A stretch of DNA of 64,000 nucleotides, from positions 46,529 to 110,528 of the forward strand of contig CAZMIM010000002.1 of NCBI GenBank assembly GCA_964566505.1. The letters run 5' to 3'. Under the pieces are notes generated by a model, which was given only the letters and a program-made list of their open reading frames with translations, ran no database searches and was not told the DNA's origin. The translations under genes and the position numbers were made by a program. This document shows positions 39,143-48,824 of this stretch, one piece after another. Source of the DNA: an uncultured Candidatus Saccharibacteria bacterium (GTDB lineage Bacteria > Patescibacteriota > Minisyncoccia > Phycocordibacterales > PCTT01). How positions within the stretch are numbered: the stretch's first letter is position 1; the number at the start of each line of letters is the position of its first letter.

Positions 39143-41650
39143 ATGTCTAAATACAAACGTAAAAATCGAAAAACTCGTGCACTGACTGATTTGTTTAAAA
39201 TTGTTCTTATTTTTGGTCTTTTTTGTTTTGGTGTTGTTGTTTTTTGGATAACAACATTTGATGTTCCAGACCTTAAATCTTTCGAAGAACGAAAGGTTCT
39301 ACAATCTACAAAAATTTATGATAATACTGGGGAAATTCTTCTCTATGAGTTCAATAACAACGATATAAAGCGCTCTATTGTTGAGTTTGATGAAATCTCT
39401 CGACATATAAAAAATGCAACAATAGCGATTGAGGATGCCGAATTTTATGACCATCACGGAATCAAGCCAAGAGCTATTATTCGTGCGGTGTTTGTAAACC
39501 TTACTTCACTTGAATTCTCACAAGGAGGTTCAACAATTACACAACAGGCTATTAAGAACTCTGTTCTAATACAAGACAAAAAGATCTCAAGAAAGCTAAA
39601 AGAATGGGTCCTTGCTTTAAGGTTAGAACAAATCATTTCAAAAGAAGCTATTTTGACACTTTATCTTAACGAAGTTCCATATGGAGGAAGTGTTTATGGT
39701 GTACGAGAAGCAACACAACTATTCTTTGGAAAAGAGCCAAATGAAGTAACACTAGCAGAGTCTGCATACATAGCAGCAATTCCACAAGCTCCTACTTTTT
39801 ACTCTCCATACGGAAGCAACACAGACAGGCTTGAGGTACGAAAAAACCTTGTTCTCGAGAAAATGCTTGAAAATGGATTTATTACAGAAGAACAATACGA
39901 AGAAGCTAAAGATGAGGATGTTGAATTCAAACCTCGCGCAACACTGGGTATTCGAGCCCCCCATTTTGTTTTCTTTATAAGTGAATACCTTGAAAACAAA
40001 TATGGTTCGAGAGTTCTGGAAGAAGGAGGTTTGAGCGTTACAACAACTCTTGATTATTCTCTTCAAGAAAAAGCTGAAGAAATTGTAAAACGATATGCTC
40101 TTTCAAATGAAGAAAACTTTAATGCAAGCAACGCTTCATTGGTTGCAGTAGAACCTGAAACCGGTCACATAAAAGTAATGGTTGGTTCTCGTGATTATTT
40201 TGATGAAGAAATAGATGGAAACTTTAATGTTGCAGTAAGTCACAGACAACCAGGTTCTGCTTTTAAGCCTTTTGTTTATGCAACCGCATTCAAGAAAGGA
40301 TATACCCCTGAGACAGCCGTATTTGACGTAGAAACAGAGTTTTCAACCGAATGTAGTCCTGACAGCAAACCACTTCGTTCTGACGCTGTATGTTATCGCC
40401 CAGGAAACTATGACGGAAACTTCCAAGGTCCTATAACTCTTCGAAATGCCCTAGCTCAATCAGTAAACATCCCCGCTATTAAAGCCCTTTATTTGGCTGG
40501 ATTAAATAGCTCCCTGAGAACAGCTCGTGATATGGGAATTGAAAGTCTTACAAACGTTGATCAATATGGTCTTACTCTTGTTCTTGGAGGTGGTGAAGTT
40601 TCTCCTCTTGAAATATCGTCTGCATATTCTGTTTTTGCAAATGACGGAATACGAAATGAACCAACTGGTGTAATAAGAATCGAAGATAGTAATGGAAATG
40701 TTCTTGAAGAGTATAAAAAACGATCAACAAGAGCTCTTGATGAAAATGTTGCACGTCTTATCTCAGACGTACTTTCAGACAACGAAGCGCGTACACCTGC
40801 TTTTGGAGCAAACTCCCCTCTTTATTTCCCTAATAGAGATGTTGCTGCTAAAACAGGTACCACAAACGATTACCGAGACGCTTGGACTGTTGGATACACA
40901 CCAAACCTAGCTGTTGCTGCTTGGGCAGGAAACAACGACAACTCTTCTATGGATAAAAAGGTAGCTGGTTTTATTATCACACCACTATGGAGAGAATTTA
41001 TGGATGTGGCACTATCTCAAATAGAAGATAAAAGATTTAAAATTCCTGAAACAGTTAAAAAAGAATCTCTTCCTCCACAACTTCGTGGTGTTTGGCAAGG
41101 TGGGCTAGTTTATACAGTAGACCAACTATCAGGTGGTCTTGCTACAGAATTCACTCCAGAAGAAACAAAACAAGAGAAAGTTGTTTTTGATCCGCATACA
41201 ATTCTTCATTGGGTAGACAAAGATAATCCGCAAAGTGGAGATATTCCAAATAATCCAAGTGATAAATATTCTCAATATGATTTGTGGGAATACGCTGTTT
41301 CTAAGTGGGTAGCAGACACAAACCTTACTAGAGAAGATGAGTCTGTTATTCCAAATTTCTCAGATAACCTTCATACAAAAAACTCACAACCTCGTTTGGT
41401 TGTAAGTGGACTTTCTACTACATATTCGCCAGGTTCAAGAATCTCATTCTCTGTAACAAATCAAAACTCATATCCACTACGTAAAATAGAAGTATTCTTT
41501 AACAACAAATACATCGGAGAAGATACAACCGCTCCGTTCTCGTTTTCATTCACTCCAGATAATCCTCAAGAAAATAATACACTTATGATTATTGGAACTG
41601 ATTCAATATACAACCAAGAAGAGTTTGAATATCAAATTCCTCTACAATAA
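39143..41650 (+). CDS. Bifunctional class A penicillin-binding protein (glycosyltransferase + transpeptidase)
   Basis: N-terminal TM, GT51 motifs (EDAEFYDHHGI, GGSTITQQ, RKLKEW), and transpeptidase motifs SAFK, SVN, KTGTT. Confidence 0.9.
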   Translation: MSKYKRKNRKTRALTDLFKIVLIFGLFCFGVVVFWITTFDVPDLKSFEERKVLQSTKIYDNTGEILLYEFNNNDIKRSIVEFDEISRHIKNATIAIEDAEFYDHHGIKPRAIIRAVFVNLTSLEFSQGGSTITQQAIKNSVLIQDKKISRKLKEWVLALRLEQIISKEAILTLYLNEVPYGGSVYGVREATQLFFGKEPNEVTLAESAYIAAIPQAPTFYSPYGSNTDRLEVRKNLVLEKMLENGFITEEQYEEAKDEDVEFKPRATLGIRAPHFVFFISEYLENKYGSRVLEEGGLSVTTTLDYSLQEKAEEIVKRYALSNEENFNASNASLVAVEPETGHIKVMVGSRDYFDEEIDGNFNVAVSHRQPGSAFKPFVYATAFKKGYTPETAVFDVETEFSTECSPDSKPLRSDAVCYRPGNYDGNFQGPITLRNALAQSVNIPAIKALYLAGLNSSLRTARDMGIESLTNVDQYGLTLVLGGGEVSPLEISSAYSVFANDGIRNEPTGVIRIEDSNGNVLEEYKKRSTRALDENVARLISDVLSDNEARTPAFGANSPLYFPNRDVAAKTGTTNDYRDAWTVGYTPNLAVAAWAGNNDNSSMDKKVAGFIITPLWREFMDVALSQIEDKRFKIPETVKKESLPPQLRGVWQGGLVYTVDQLSGGLATEFTPEETKQEKVVFDPHTILHWVDKDNPQSGDIPNNPSDKYSQYDLWEYAVSKWVADTNLTREDESVIPNFSDNLHTKNSQPRLVVSGLSTTYSPGSRISFSVTNQNSYPLRKIEVFFNNKYIGEDTTAPFSFSFTPDNPQENNTLMIIGTDSIYNQEEFEYQIPLQ

Positions 41651-42748
41651 CTATTTGTTCATCGGCATTGCGATGTAGATAAAACTAGAATCCCCTACCC
41701 CTTGAACATAAATAGGTTTTCCAGGCCCTATTTTAAAAACCAAACTGTCTGTCGTTATTGATTGAAAACAATCAAAGACATTACGATAACTAAAACTAAC
41801 TGTCTGCGGGTCTCCTGAGAGCGCTGCAGAGACATTAATTGAGCTTTCTCCAAGCTCTTTATTGCTTGTTTTTATAATAAACTTTTTCTCTTTTGGTTTT
41901 ACCTCGAATGTAATTCTATTGAATTTGTCTGAGAAAATATTTGCCTGCTTCATAACATCAATAACATCTTGTTTTAGAACCACACACTCTGTTTCATACT
42001 CTTTTGGAATAATCTGCCTATAATCAGGAAATACTCCATCAACAACTCTTGATGTTACATACAAATCACCAATAGAAAATCCTATTTGATTTTGAGTAAT
42101 ACTTATCTCAACTTCACCTTTAATATCATCAAAAACCTTAATAACATCTGAAACATTTTTGAATGGAATCAAAATTGATTCAAAATCATCAAGTGATTTA
42201 AATGAAACACTCTTTTCTGCAAGTCTAAATGAATCTGTTGCAGCAAACACAACAGAACCTGACTCGTTATATATATAAACACTCGCAAGCTCTGGTTTCA
42301 TACTTTGCGGTGAAGCACTGTACCAAACAGATTTTAGACCATGAATAAATTTATCAATAGGAAGTTTTAGTGTTTTATCAGACACAACACGAGGAATAGA
42401 AGGAAATTCTTCATGAGGATATGTTTTTACTTTTGTTTGTGAATTATTTGTAGTTACAAGAAGAGTATTATCTTTTGTTTCGAGAGTAATTTTTGAATCT
42501 TGAGTTATGTTCCCAATAAAACTCTTGAGAAGCTCGGCAGGAACAGCTACTGTGCCCTCTTCTTCAACTTTTACAGGTATTTTTATCTCAACTCCCAGAT
42601 CAAGATTTGTTGCTCGAATAGTGAGAGTGTTATTTTTTGCTACAAGCAAAATATATTTCAATACAGGTAACGTAACATTTTTACTTGTTACCTTATCTGC
42701 TTTTGAAATTGCATTCTCTATTTTTTCTTTTAAACATTCTAACTTCAT
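41651..42748 (-). CDS. dnaN: DNA polymerase III beta sliding clamp
   Basis: 365-aa ORF immediately downstream of dnaA with a collinear DnaN pattern (PVLKYILLVAKNNTLTIRATNLDLG...). Confidence 0.9.
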   Translation of the reverse strand: MKLECLKEKIENAISKADKVTSKNVTLPVLKYILLVAKNNTLTIRATNLDLGVEIKIPVKVEEEGTVAVPAELLKSFIGNITQDSKITLETKDNTLLVTTNNSQTKVKTYPHEEFPSIPRVVSDKTLKLPIDKFIHGLKSVWYSASPQSMKPELASVYIYNESGSVVFAATDSFRLAEKSVSFKSLDDFESILIPFKNVSDVIKVFDDIKGEVEISITQNQIGFSIGDLYVTSRVVDGVFPDYRQIIPKEYETECVVLKQDVIDVMKQANIFSDKFNRITFEVKPKEKKFIIKTSNKELGESSINVSAALSGDPQTVSFSYRNVFDCFQSITTDSLVFKIGPGKPIYVQGVGDSSFIYIAMPMNK

Positions 42749-43012
42749 GGTTGTGTATTATTTTCTTTTTTAAATATATTATTACTATTATTAGGGCTGT
42801 TGATATGTGGGAAAGTTGTAAATATAAATCTATATAAGGATGTATTTGAAAATATTTTTTGTGAAAAACACTGCTTATATGAGGATTAATGGTGATAATT
42901 TGGTTAATAACTTTGACTGATTGATACTTATTAAATACTTTCAACATTTACTTTCTTTTTTATACCTAAGTTATTCATATTTGAAATCACCACCTATGCA
43001 CATATTTATCCC
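42749..43012. other. Very AT-rich dnaA-dnaN spacer, candidate part of oriC (DNA-unwinding region)
   Basis: 264 nt, strongly AT-rich by eye. Only weak DnaA-box-like sites are present (TGTGGGAAA at 42806-42814). Confidence 0.4.
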
Positions 43013-44359
43013 CTATAACATATTTCTTATCTGGTGGATTTCTTGAGATAACACACTGTCTGTCTCTAACTCTTTCTTTATCTTTTCATACGAGTGAATT
43101 ACTGTTGTATGGTCCCTACCCCCAAGTTTCTGGCCAATTGTTGGGTATGCGATGTTATAGTCTTCACGAAGTATATACATAATAATTTGCCGAGGTTTTA
43201 CCACTTCTTTCTTTCTAGTCTTTTTATAAACATTCTCCTCTTCTATATTGTAAAAATCAGTAATGATTCGAATAATATCCTCAATAGGAGCTGTTCTTTT
43301 TGATTTAATACTGTTTCGTACAAGATGTTTTACCTCATTTAAAGAAAGTTCTCTATCTTTTAGTTGTGATTGAACAACAACAACATTAAATACCCCCTCA
43401 AGTTCTCGGATGTTGCTCCCAATCATAGATGCAAGATAATCAAGAACCTCTGGGTTTAGAGTTATGTTGTGTTGTTTTGATTTTGCTTGAAGAATCGCAA
43501 CTCTAGATTCGTGGTCTGGTGGAGAAATATCAACTACCATACCTGCGCTAAATCGAGATTTAAGTCTATCTTCCATATTTTGAAGATAGTTTGGGTGCAT
43601 GTCAGACGAGAAAATAATCTGCTTGTTGTTGTCGTATAGAGTATTGAATAGATGAAACAGCTCTTCTTGGCTCTTCTCTTTCTTAGAAAGAAACTGAATA
43701 TCATCCATAATCAAAACATCGTATTTTCTATACTTTTCTTTAAAGAGGTTCATTTTATTTTGACGAATTGCATTTGTTACATCAACAACAAACTTCTCAG
43801 ATGTCATATAAAACACTTTTATATTCGAATATGACTTCTTTAGGTGGTTTCCTACAGACTGAATAAGGTGTGTTTTACCACAACCAGTGCGTCCATATAC
43901 AAAAAGAGGGTTATATACCACACCAGGACTCTTTATGATTGCCTGAGAGGCTGCATATGCAAGCTCATTGAATGGTCCAACAATAAAAGAATCAAAAGTA
44001 TATCGAGGGTTAAGGTTGTCTTCCCTGTTTATGTATACATCACTTAGTGGTAGAGCTCCTTTTGTGAGATCAAGGTCACTTGAGTGTTCTGCTATTTCTT
44101 TTGCTTCAGGTTTTTCTCTTGTTACAACGTACTCAACACTTCGCACATGCTCTACAAGTTCTCTAAGGGTTTTGAGAATAAACTTATGATATTTCTCAGA
44201 TAGCCATGTTTTTACAAATTCATTTGGTACTCCTATATATACAACTCCATCTTCTTCCTTTAAAATATATGTCTCGCTAAACCATGTGTTAAATGTTGCT
44301 TTTGTTACATTTAGTTCTGCTTCTACGAGTACGTTTTCCCAAAGTTGTTTTGTATCCAT
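43013..44359 (-). CDS. dnaA: Chromosomal replication initiator protein DnaA
   Basis: Walker A GRTGCGKTHL, Walker B LIMDDIQFL, sensor motifs, and a C-terminal DnaA-box-binding domain (IGQKLGGRDHTTVIHSYEKI). The start is placed at MDTKQLWENV. Confidence 0.92.
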   Translation of the reverse strand: MDTKQLWENVLVEAELNVTKATFNTWFSETYILKEEDGVVYIGVPNEFVKTWLSEKYHKFILKTLRELVEHVRSVEYVVTREKPEAKEIAEHSSDLDLTKGALPLSDVYINREDNLNPRYTFDSFIVGPFNELAYAASQAIIKSPGVVYNPLFVYGRTGCGKTHLIQSVGNHLKKSYSNIKVFYMTSEKFVVDVTNAIRQNKMNLFKEKYRKYDVLIMDDIQFLSKKEKSQEELFHLFNTLYDNNKQIIFSSDMHPNYLQNMEDRLKSRFSAGMVVDISPPDHESRVAILQAKSKQHNITLNPEVLDYLASMIGSNIRELEGVFNVVVVQSQLKDRELSLNEVKHLVRNSIKSKRTAPIEDIIRIITDFYNIEEENVYKKTRKKEVVKPRQIIMYILREDYNIAYPTIGQKLGGRDHTTVIHSYEKIKKELETDSVLSQEIHQIRNML

Positions 44360-44581
44360 GTCTAAAAAGTTAGTGTGTCTATTATATAATGATGGGGAAA
44401 ACGCTATAACTTGTGGAAAGTATGTAAATATGTTAATAATGTGTGGATACAATACCAGGATTAGTATATAAAAGTATGTCAACAACCCCATACCAGAGCA
44501 AAGCACGGTACAGGGCGAGAAATAGACAAAAACATACTCCTAGTATATAGTCTTAAGGTAAAAACTTGTAAATAATACGTT
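44360..44581. other. dnaA-rpmH intergenic region with DnaA-box-like sites (candidate oriC / dnaA autoregulation)
   Basis: TGTGGATAC at 44443-44451 is the reverse complement of GTATCCACA, 8/9 to TTATCCACA. TGTGGAAAG at 44412-44420 is 7/9. Confidence 0.45.
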
Positions 44582-44716
44582 ATGTCAACAACATATCAGC
44601 CCAAAAAAAGAAAAAGAAGTAAAACACACGGGTTTTTAACTCGTTCAAAAACAACTTCTGGGAAAAATATTCTCAAAAGTCGTCGAAGAAAAGGCCGAAA
44701 GAAGCTTTCAGTGTAA
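44582..44716 (+). CDS. rpmH: 50S ribosomal protein L34 (not in the ORF track; 44 aa)
   Basis: ATG at 44582 reads [44 protein letters not shown], the canonical L34 pattern. It is followed by rnpA. Confidence 0.85.
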   Translation: MSTTYQPKKRKRSKTHGFLTRSKTTSGKNILKSRRRKGRKKLSV

Positions 44717-44721
44717 ATACT

Positions 44722-45057
44722 ATGTCAACACACAAGCACAGAGTTTCATCAAAAGACTTCTCTGTAGTTGTTTCAACTGGAAAAACAGTTAGAAACGGTG
44801 TGTGTACTCTTAAATATATAGAAAATGAGACACCACAATCCCCTACTTTGGTGTCTTTTTCTATACCAAAATCAGTTGAAAAAGGTGTAGTAAAAAGAAA
44901 TAAGCTAAAAAGAGTGGGTCGAGAAGTCCTTCGTTCTGTATATAAAGATATAAAACCAGGTTTTGTTTGTGTGGTTTTTTGTTATAGCAACAACAAAGAA
45001 GACATAACAATAGACATGGTTAGAGAGCTTTTTGAAAAAGCAGAGCTTCTAAATTGA
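44722..45057 (+). CDS. rnpA: Ribonuclease P protein component
   Basis: 111-aa basic ORF between rpmH and yidC with the RNR-like motif KRNKLKRVGRE. Confidence 0.8.
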   Translation: MSTHKHRVSSKDFSVVVSTGKTVRNGVCTLKYIENETPQSPTLVSFSIPKSVEKGVVKRNKLKRVGREVLRSVYKDIKPGFVCVVFCYSNNKEDITIDMVRELFEKAELLN

Positions 45058-45087
45058 AAAGAAGCTTAAATCAGGTACAATAACACA

Positions 45088-45858
45088 ATGATTGGATCAA
45101 TTTGGAACACTATTATATATAATCCGTTGTACAACGGATTCATTTTTTTAGCGGACATTCTACCATGGGCAGACCTTGGTGTGATTATTATCCTATTTAC
45201 TCTTGTTATTAAGCTTATTCTCTTCCCTCTTTCAATTCGCGCAACAAAAACACAACAAGCGGTGCGAACTATTGAACCAGAGATTAAAAAGCTCCGAGAA
45301 AAATATAAAAATGATAAACAAACACAAGCTCTCGAGGTTATGGAGCTCTATAAAGAGCACAATATAAAGCCTTTTTCTGGATTTCTTACTATTTTGATAC
45401 AAATTCCTATTATTTTTGGATTGTATTTTATTTTCCTACGAGGTGGACTACCAATGGTTAACGCAGACATATTATATTCCTTTGTTAAAGTTCCAGAGAT
45501 GATAAATACCACATTTCTCGGAGTGATGAATGTTACAGGAAAGAGCATTATATTGGCCCTGTTGACAGGTATAACTCAATTTTTCCATACAAAAATATCA
45601 TTTAAGAATCAAGACGATTTAAATGATAAAAAACTCGGAGAAGGTTCTTTGAAGGATGATTTTGTAAAGACAATGAAACTACAAATGAAATACGTGCTAC
45701 CTGTTTTTGTAGCGGTTATTTCATACACACTTTCAGCTGCAATCGCACTGTATTGGACAACAAGTAATATTTTTCATATAGTACAAGAGCTATATGTGGA
45801 GCGGATGGTACGTAATCCTAAGAAAAAGGATGAGTCCCCTGCCCCACAAAGCTCTTAG
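45088..45858 (+). CDS. yidC: Membrane protein insertase YidC
   Basis: Short Gram-positive-type YidC (LIKLILFPLSIRATKTQ...M..L.PE.KKL.EKYK.D.Q....E.M.LYKEH..NP..G). Confidence 0.9.
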   Translation: MIGSIWNTIIYNPLYNGFIFLADILPWADLGVIIILFTLVIKLILFPLSIRATKTQQAVRTIEPEIKKLREKYKNDKQTQALEVMELYKEHNIKPFSGFLTILIQIPIIFGLYFIFLRGGLPMVNADILYSFVKVPEMINTTFLGVMNVTGKSIILALLTGITQFFHTKISFKNQDDLNDKKLGEGSLKDDFVKTMKLQMKYVLPVFVAVISYTLSAAIALYWTTSNIFHIVQELYVERMVRNPKKKDESPAPQSS

Positions 45859-45859
45859 T

Positions 45860-46339
45860 ATGAATGAAATCCAACAAATAAAACAACTTATAGAGGAAAC
45901 ACTAAATAAGATGGGTATTTCATACACATCAGTATCTGTTGTTGATACAGAGCTTCCTGACTACACTAAGTTTGATATTGAAACACAAGAGAGTGGAATG
46001 CTTATAGGAAAAGATGGAGAACACCTGTCAGCGCTATCTTTTGTTTTGAGAAAGATGCTTGAGAAGCAGTTTGATACCCAAGAAACACCACGATTTTATA
46101 TTGATATTGGAGGATACCAAAAAACAAAAATTGAGAAGATTCAAAAAGTTGCAAAGATTATGGCAGAAAGAGCAACTTCGTTTAAGCGAGATATAGAACT
46201 CCCACCAATGACAGCGTACGAGAGAATGGTTATACATTCTACTCTCAAAGAAATGCCAAACATTGAGACAGAATCACAAGGAAAAGGAAGAGATAGAAGG
46301 ATTTATGTTCGCTTCAAAGAAGAAACACCCATTATTTAA
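45860..46339 (+). CDS. jag: Jag/KhpB-type RNA-binding protein (KH + R3H domains)
   Basis: LIGKDGEHLSALSFVL (KH-like) and LPPMTAYERMVIHSTL (R3H). The start is placed at MNEIQQIK, right after the yidC stop. Confidence 0.8.
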   Translation: MNEIQQIKQLIEETLNKMGISYTSVSVVDTELPDYTKFDIETQESGMLIGKDGEHLSALSFVLRKMLEKQFDTQETPRFYIDIGGYQKTKIEKIQKVAKIMAERATSFKRDIELPPMTAYERMVIHSTLKEMPNIETESQGKGRDRRIYVRFKEETPII

Positions 46340-46362
46340 AAAACCGCCAGAGGCGGTTTTTT
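46338..46362. terminator. Bidirectional terminator between jag and the convergent T4SS-like operon
   Basis: AAAAAA-CCGCC-AGA-GGCGG-TTTTTT. Confidence 0.65.
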
Positions 46363-47575
46363 AGAGCTCTATTCCCCACGCACTTAAGTCTCTTTTGTTT
46401 ATGAAGTAAAGATAATTTTCATCTTCATTGATAATAAGATTTGTTCCATCTATAAATTGAGAAACATCTTCTTGTGGGGTCATGATTTTGTCTGTAGCAA
46501 AACTGTTTATATCAACTTTCCAAAATACGTCATTAAAGAAAAACTCTCCTTTGTACCAATCATCAGGATAGAGTGCTTGTTGTATAAACTCAGGGACAGC
46601 ACAGTATAGTGATTCTTCTTCGAACCACGTACATTTCTCAGGAAGTGTTGTTATTGGAAGCTCCTGTGAGGTGTCTTCTGAGACATTGTACAGATATGTA
46701 TCGAAGCCACCAAAGATGTTTGTTCGTGCATACAAAACAAAAGAGCCTTCTGGTGATACGAGTGTTGTAAGGCCATCTGCAGACAGGATTTTATTAAATG
46801 AGCGGGATGAAACAGAGAAAAAATATAGTGAACCGTGTGTGTTTGCGGTTGGCGCGCTTGTGAATGCTATTTGGTTTGGGCTAAACCACTGCAGGTTCCA
46901 GTTTTTGTAAGAAGAGTTAAAGATATTTCGAGTGTTTCCGGTTGTTTGTGTGTAGTCTATACCAACAACATCCAAAACACGATCTATTAAGTAGAAATAT
47001 TTATTCCCTGCTGGTGATACAGCCACAGAAGAAATGTTGTTTGGTAAAAATTCTGTTTCAACACCGTTCTCATTAAGCACTCCCCACACACTCTCGATAC
47101 TTTCATAATCTGTATTTATATATTGATACAACACAGAGCCATTTTCACCTACAAGCGCTCTTTGAGAGCTTGGTACGGTTGTGTTCGAAACACGTTCTGT
47201 TTGTTTTGAGCTTGTGTCGTGCTCATATATATGACCGGTTGCCCTATTTACTATATATACACCATTTTCAGAAAGTCCAATTCCAGATGATGGTTGGTTG
47301 TGGGCTTTAAATACATTTTTAGCACTTCCACCGCTTACCCCAACAGAAGAAACAGCGCCTGAGTTTGTGCTCTCAAAAGGATCTTGTGTGGACTGGCCAC
47401 CTCCTCTATCGGTGTTCTCAGTTGGTTCTCCAAAAGGAAACAAGTCTACAGAGTCGTCTTGTCCCATTAAATCAATATTGTTATTTCCACCAATTCCACG
47501 AATTACAAAGAACCCCACAAGAGCAAGGATGAGAATGACAAGTATTAGAATTATAAAAAATCGCTTTTGGAACAT
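46361..47575 (-). CDS. Membrane-anchored protein, beta-propeller-like (last gene of the T4SS-like operon)
   Basis: N-terminal TM (FFIILILVILILALVGFFVI). It has repetitive beta-strand-rich composition reminiscent of TolB/PD40-type propellers. Its ATG lies 1 nt after the upstream stop. Confidence 0.45.
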   Translation of the reverse strand: MFQKRFFIILILVILILALVGFFVIRGIGGNNNIDLMGQDDSVDLFPFGEPTENTDRGGGQSTQDPFESTNSGAVSSVGVSGGSAKNVFKAHNQPSSGIGLSENGVYIVNRATGHIYEHDTSSKQTERVSNTTVPSSQRALVGENGSVLYQYINTDYESIESVWGVLNENGVETEFLPNNISSVAVSPAGNKYFYLIDRVLDVVGIDYTQTTGNTRNIFNSSYKNWNLQWFSPNQIAFTSAPTANTHGSLYFFSVSSRSFNKILSADGLTTLVSPEGSFVLYARTNIFGGFDTYLYNVSEDTSQELPITTLPEKCTWFEEESLYCAVPEFIQQALYPDDWYKGEFFFNDVFWKVDINSFATDKIMTPQEDVSQFIDGTNLIINEDENYLYFINKRDLSAWGIEL

Positions 47576-47576
47576 A

Positions 47577-48824
47577 TTAATCGTTATATACGGAAAAGTG
47601 GTCTGCAGAAATATGTGTCCCAAAGAACTTTATTTCTCCACCGCCGGGTATTGATATCCCCTCAAATGCTTCTAGTATTTTATCTGCTCTATTTCTTTCT
47701 CTTATTTCATACACAGCTCTTAACCCAGAATCGCTTGCAGCTTTAAAGAAAGACATCAGATATGCAACTTGTGTGTTTAAATCTGCAGTTTGAACCAGAA
47801 CAGCAGACTGGCCTGTGAAGTTCGCATCAAAACATGTTCCGTTGTAGTGACACTGACTCGCATGATTCCACTCTGGCGGGAAAGCCTCGGTTATTTGCCA
47901 CTGGATTTGCTGCTGACTCAGTGTTGTGTGTAAATTTTTAAGTTTTGGAATAAGATCTTTGTGGATACCCGTGTTCGAATCAGATTTTATAGGAAAATTA
48001 GCGTCTATTTCTTTAAAAATATCCAAACAATTATCTTCTCCTCCTAAGCACATTGCCCCAGAATCACTTGGCGACACAGCTTCATTTCCATCATCATCAA
48101 AATATATACAATCATCATAAACCTGAAAAAAGTTTTCTAGGTCAAGGTTTATAAAATTATTTGCCATAAGCGCGTATTGAGCGGTTTTACATTCTCCTTT
48201 GCTTTCAAAAGGTCCATATAAATCGTTTGTTAAGTGTACTCGAAAGTAAAAACCAGGGCCTCTGAATTGATTTTTGACCAGCGTTCCAAAGTTTGTTGTA
48301 GATGCTGTAGCCGGGCTGATACCCTTAAGTGAAGTGAGGTCTGGGTTTATTGTGTTTAGCAGCAGCACTGAAAGAAGAGCAATACCCAACCCCCAAAGAG
48401 CACGACGAACATCCGAAAGAGCATTGCTCTTCCCAGTAACAGAGCCTTGTGTCATATACTTTGCACCAGCAATAACAATCATAAGCACAGCAAAAGCAGA
48501 CGCGAGCCCGATTGATAGTTTGAGAATACTGTTTACAAAATCAGCAAATGAACGCTCGTCTCCGATTGGTAAAACAGAAACATATCTATTATTTTCTGCG
48601 TCAAAACGAAGTTCCTGGCCTTCTATATTTATAGGGGCTAGTAAAACATAATCAGATGTTCCATTTGGTGTTGTTCCATATATATATGCTTCACATTCAC
48701 TTTGAGAAAGACCCTGGTATAGCATACATTCTTCTATAACCGTTCTTTGTGCGAAAACAAAAAATGGGGTTAGTAGAAAATAAAATACAATAAAACTAAA
48801 TAAGATTTTTTTCATAATATTCAT
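47577..48824 (-). CDS. VirB2/TrbC-like pilin-type protein fused to a ~230-aa C-terminal domain
   Basis: Signal peptide, then the two-helix hairpin FADFVNSILKLSIGLASAFAVLMIVIAGAKYMTQG...RRALWGLGIALLSVLLLNTINPDL, typical of TrbC/VirB2. The C-terminal domain carries SQCHYNGTCFDANF ... SADHFSVY. Confidence 0.55.
   Translation of the reverse strand: MNIMKKILFSFIVFYFLLTPFFVFAQRTVIEECMLYQGLSQSECEAYIYGTTPNGTSDYVLLAPINIEGQELRFDAENNRYVSVLPIGDERSFADFVNSILKLSIGLASAFAVLMIVIAGAKYMTQGSVTGKSNALSDVRRALWGLGIALLSVLLLNTINPDLTSLKGISPATASTTNFGTLVKNQFRGPGFYFRVHLTNDLYGPFESKGECKTAQYALMANNFINLDLENFFQVYDDCIYFDDDGNEAVSPSDSGAMCLGGEDNCLDIFKEIDANFPIKSDSNTGIHKDLIPKLKNLHTTLSQQQIQWQITEAFPPEWNHASQCHYNGTCFDANFTGQSAVLVQTADLNTQVAYLMSFFKAASDSGLRAVYEIRERNRADKILEAFEGISIPGGGEIKFFGTHISADHFSVYND

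Noticed and set aside
44360-44506. N-terminal extensions given by the ORF track for dnaA. The same applies to tyrS (39043-39114), polA (32500-32532), the pduO-type gene (9751-9819), the lipoprotein (33588-33659), pcrA (62283-62303), jag (45794-45859), the csaA-like gene (16849-16881), and the 46361 and 11898 genes.
   Set aside because: - The extensions are hydrophobic or odd sequence absent from the conserved family N-termini.
- They overlap terminators or neighbouring genes.
- Internal Met codons reproduce the canonical N-termini, so the shorter starts were used.
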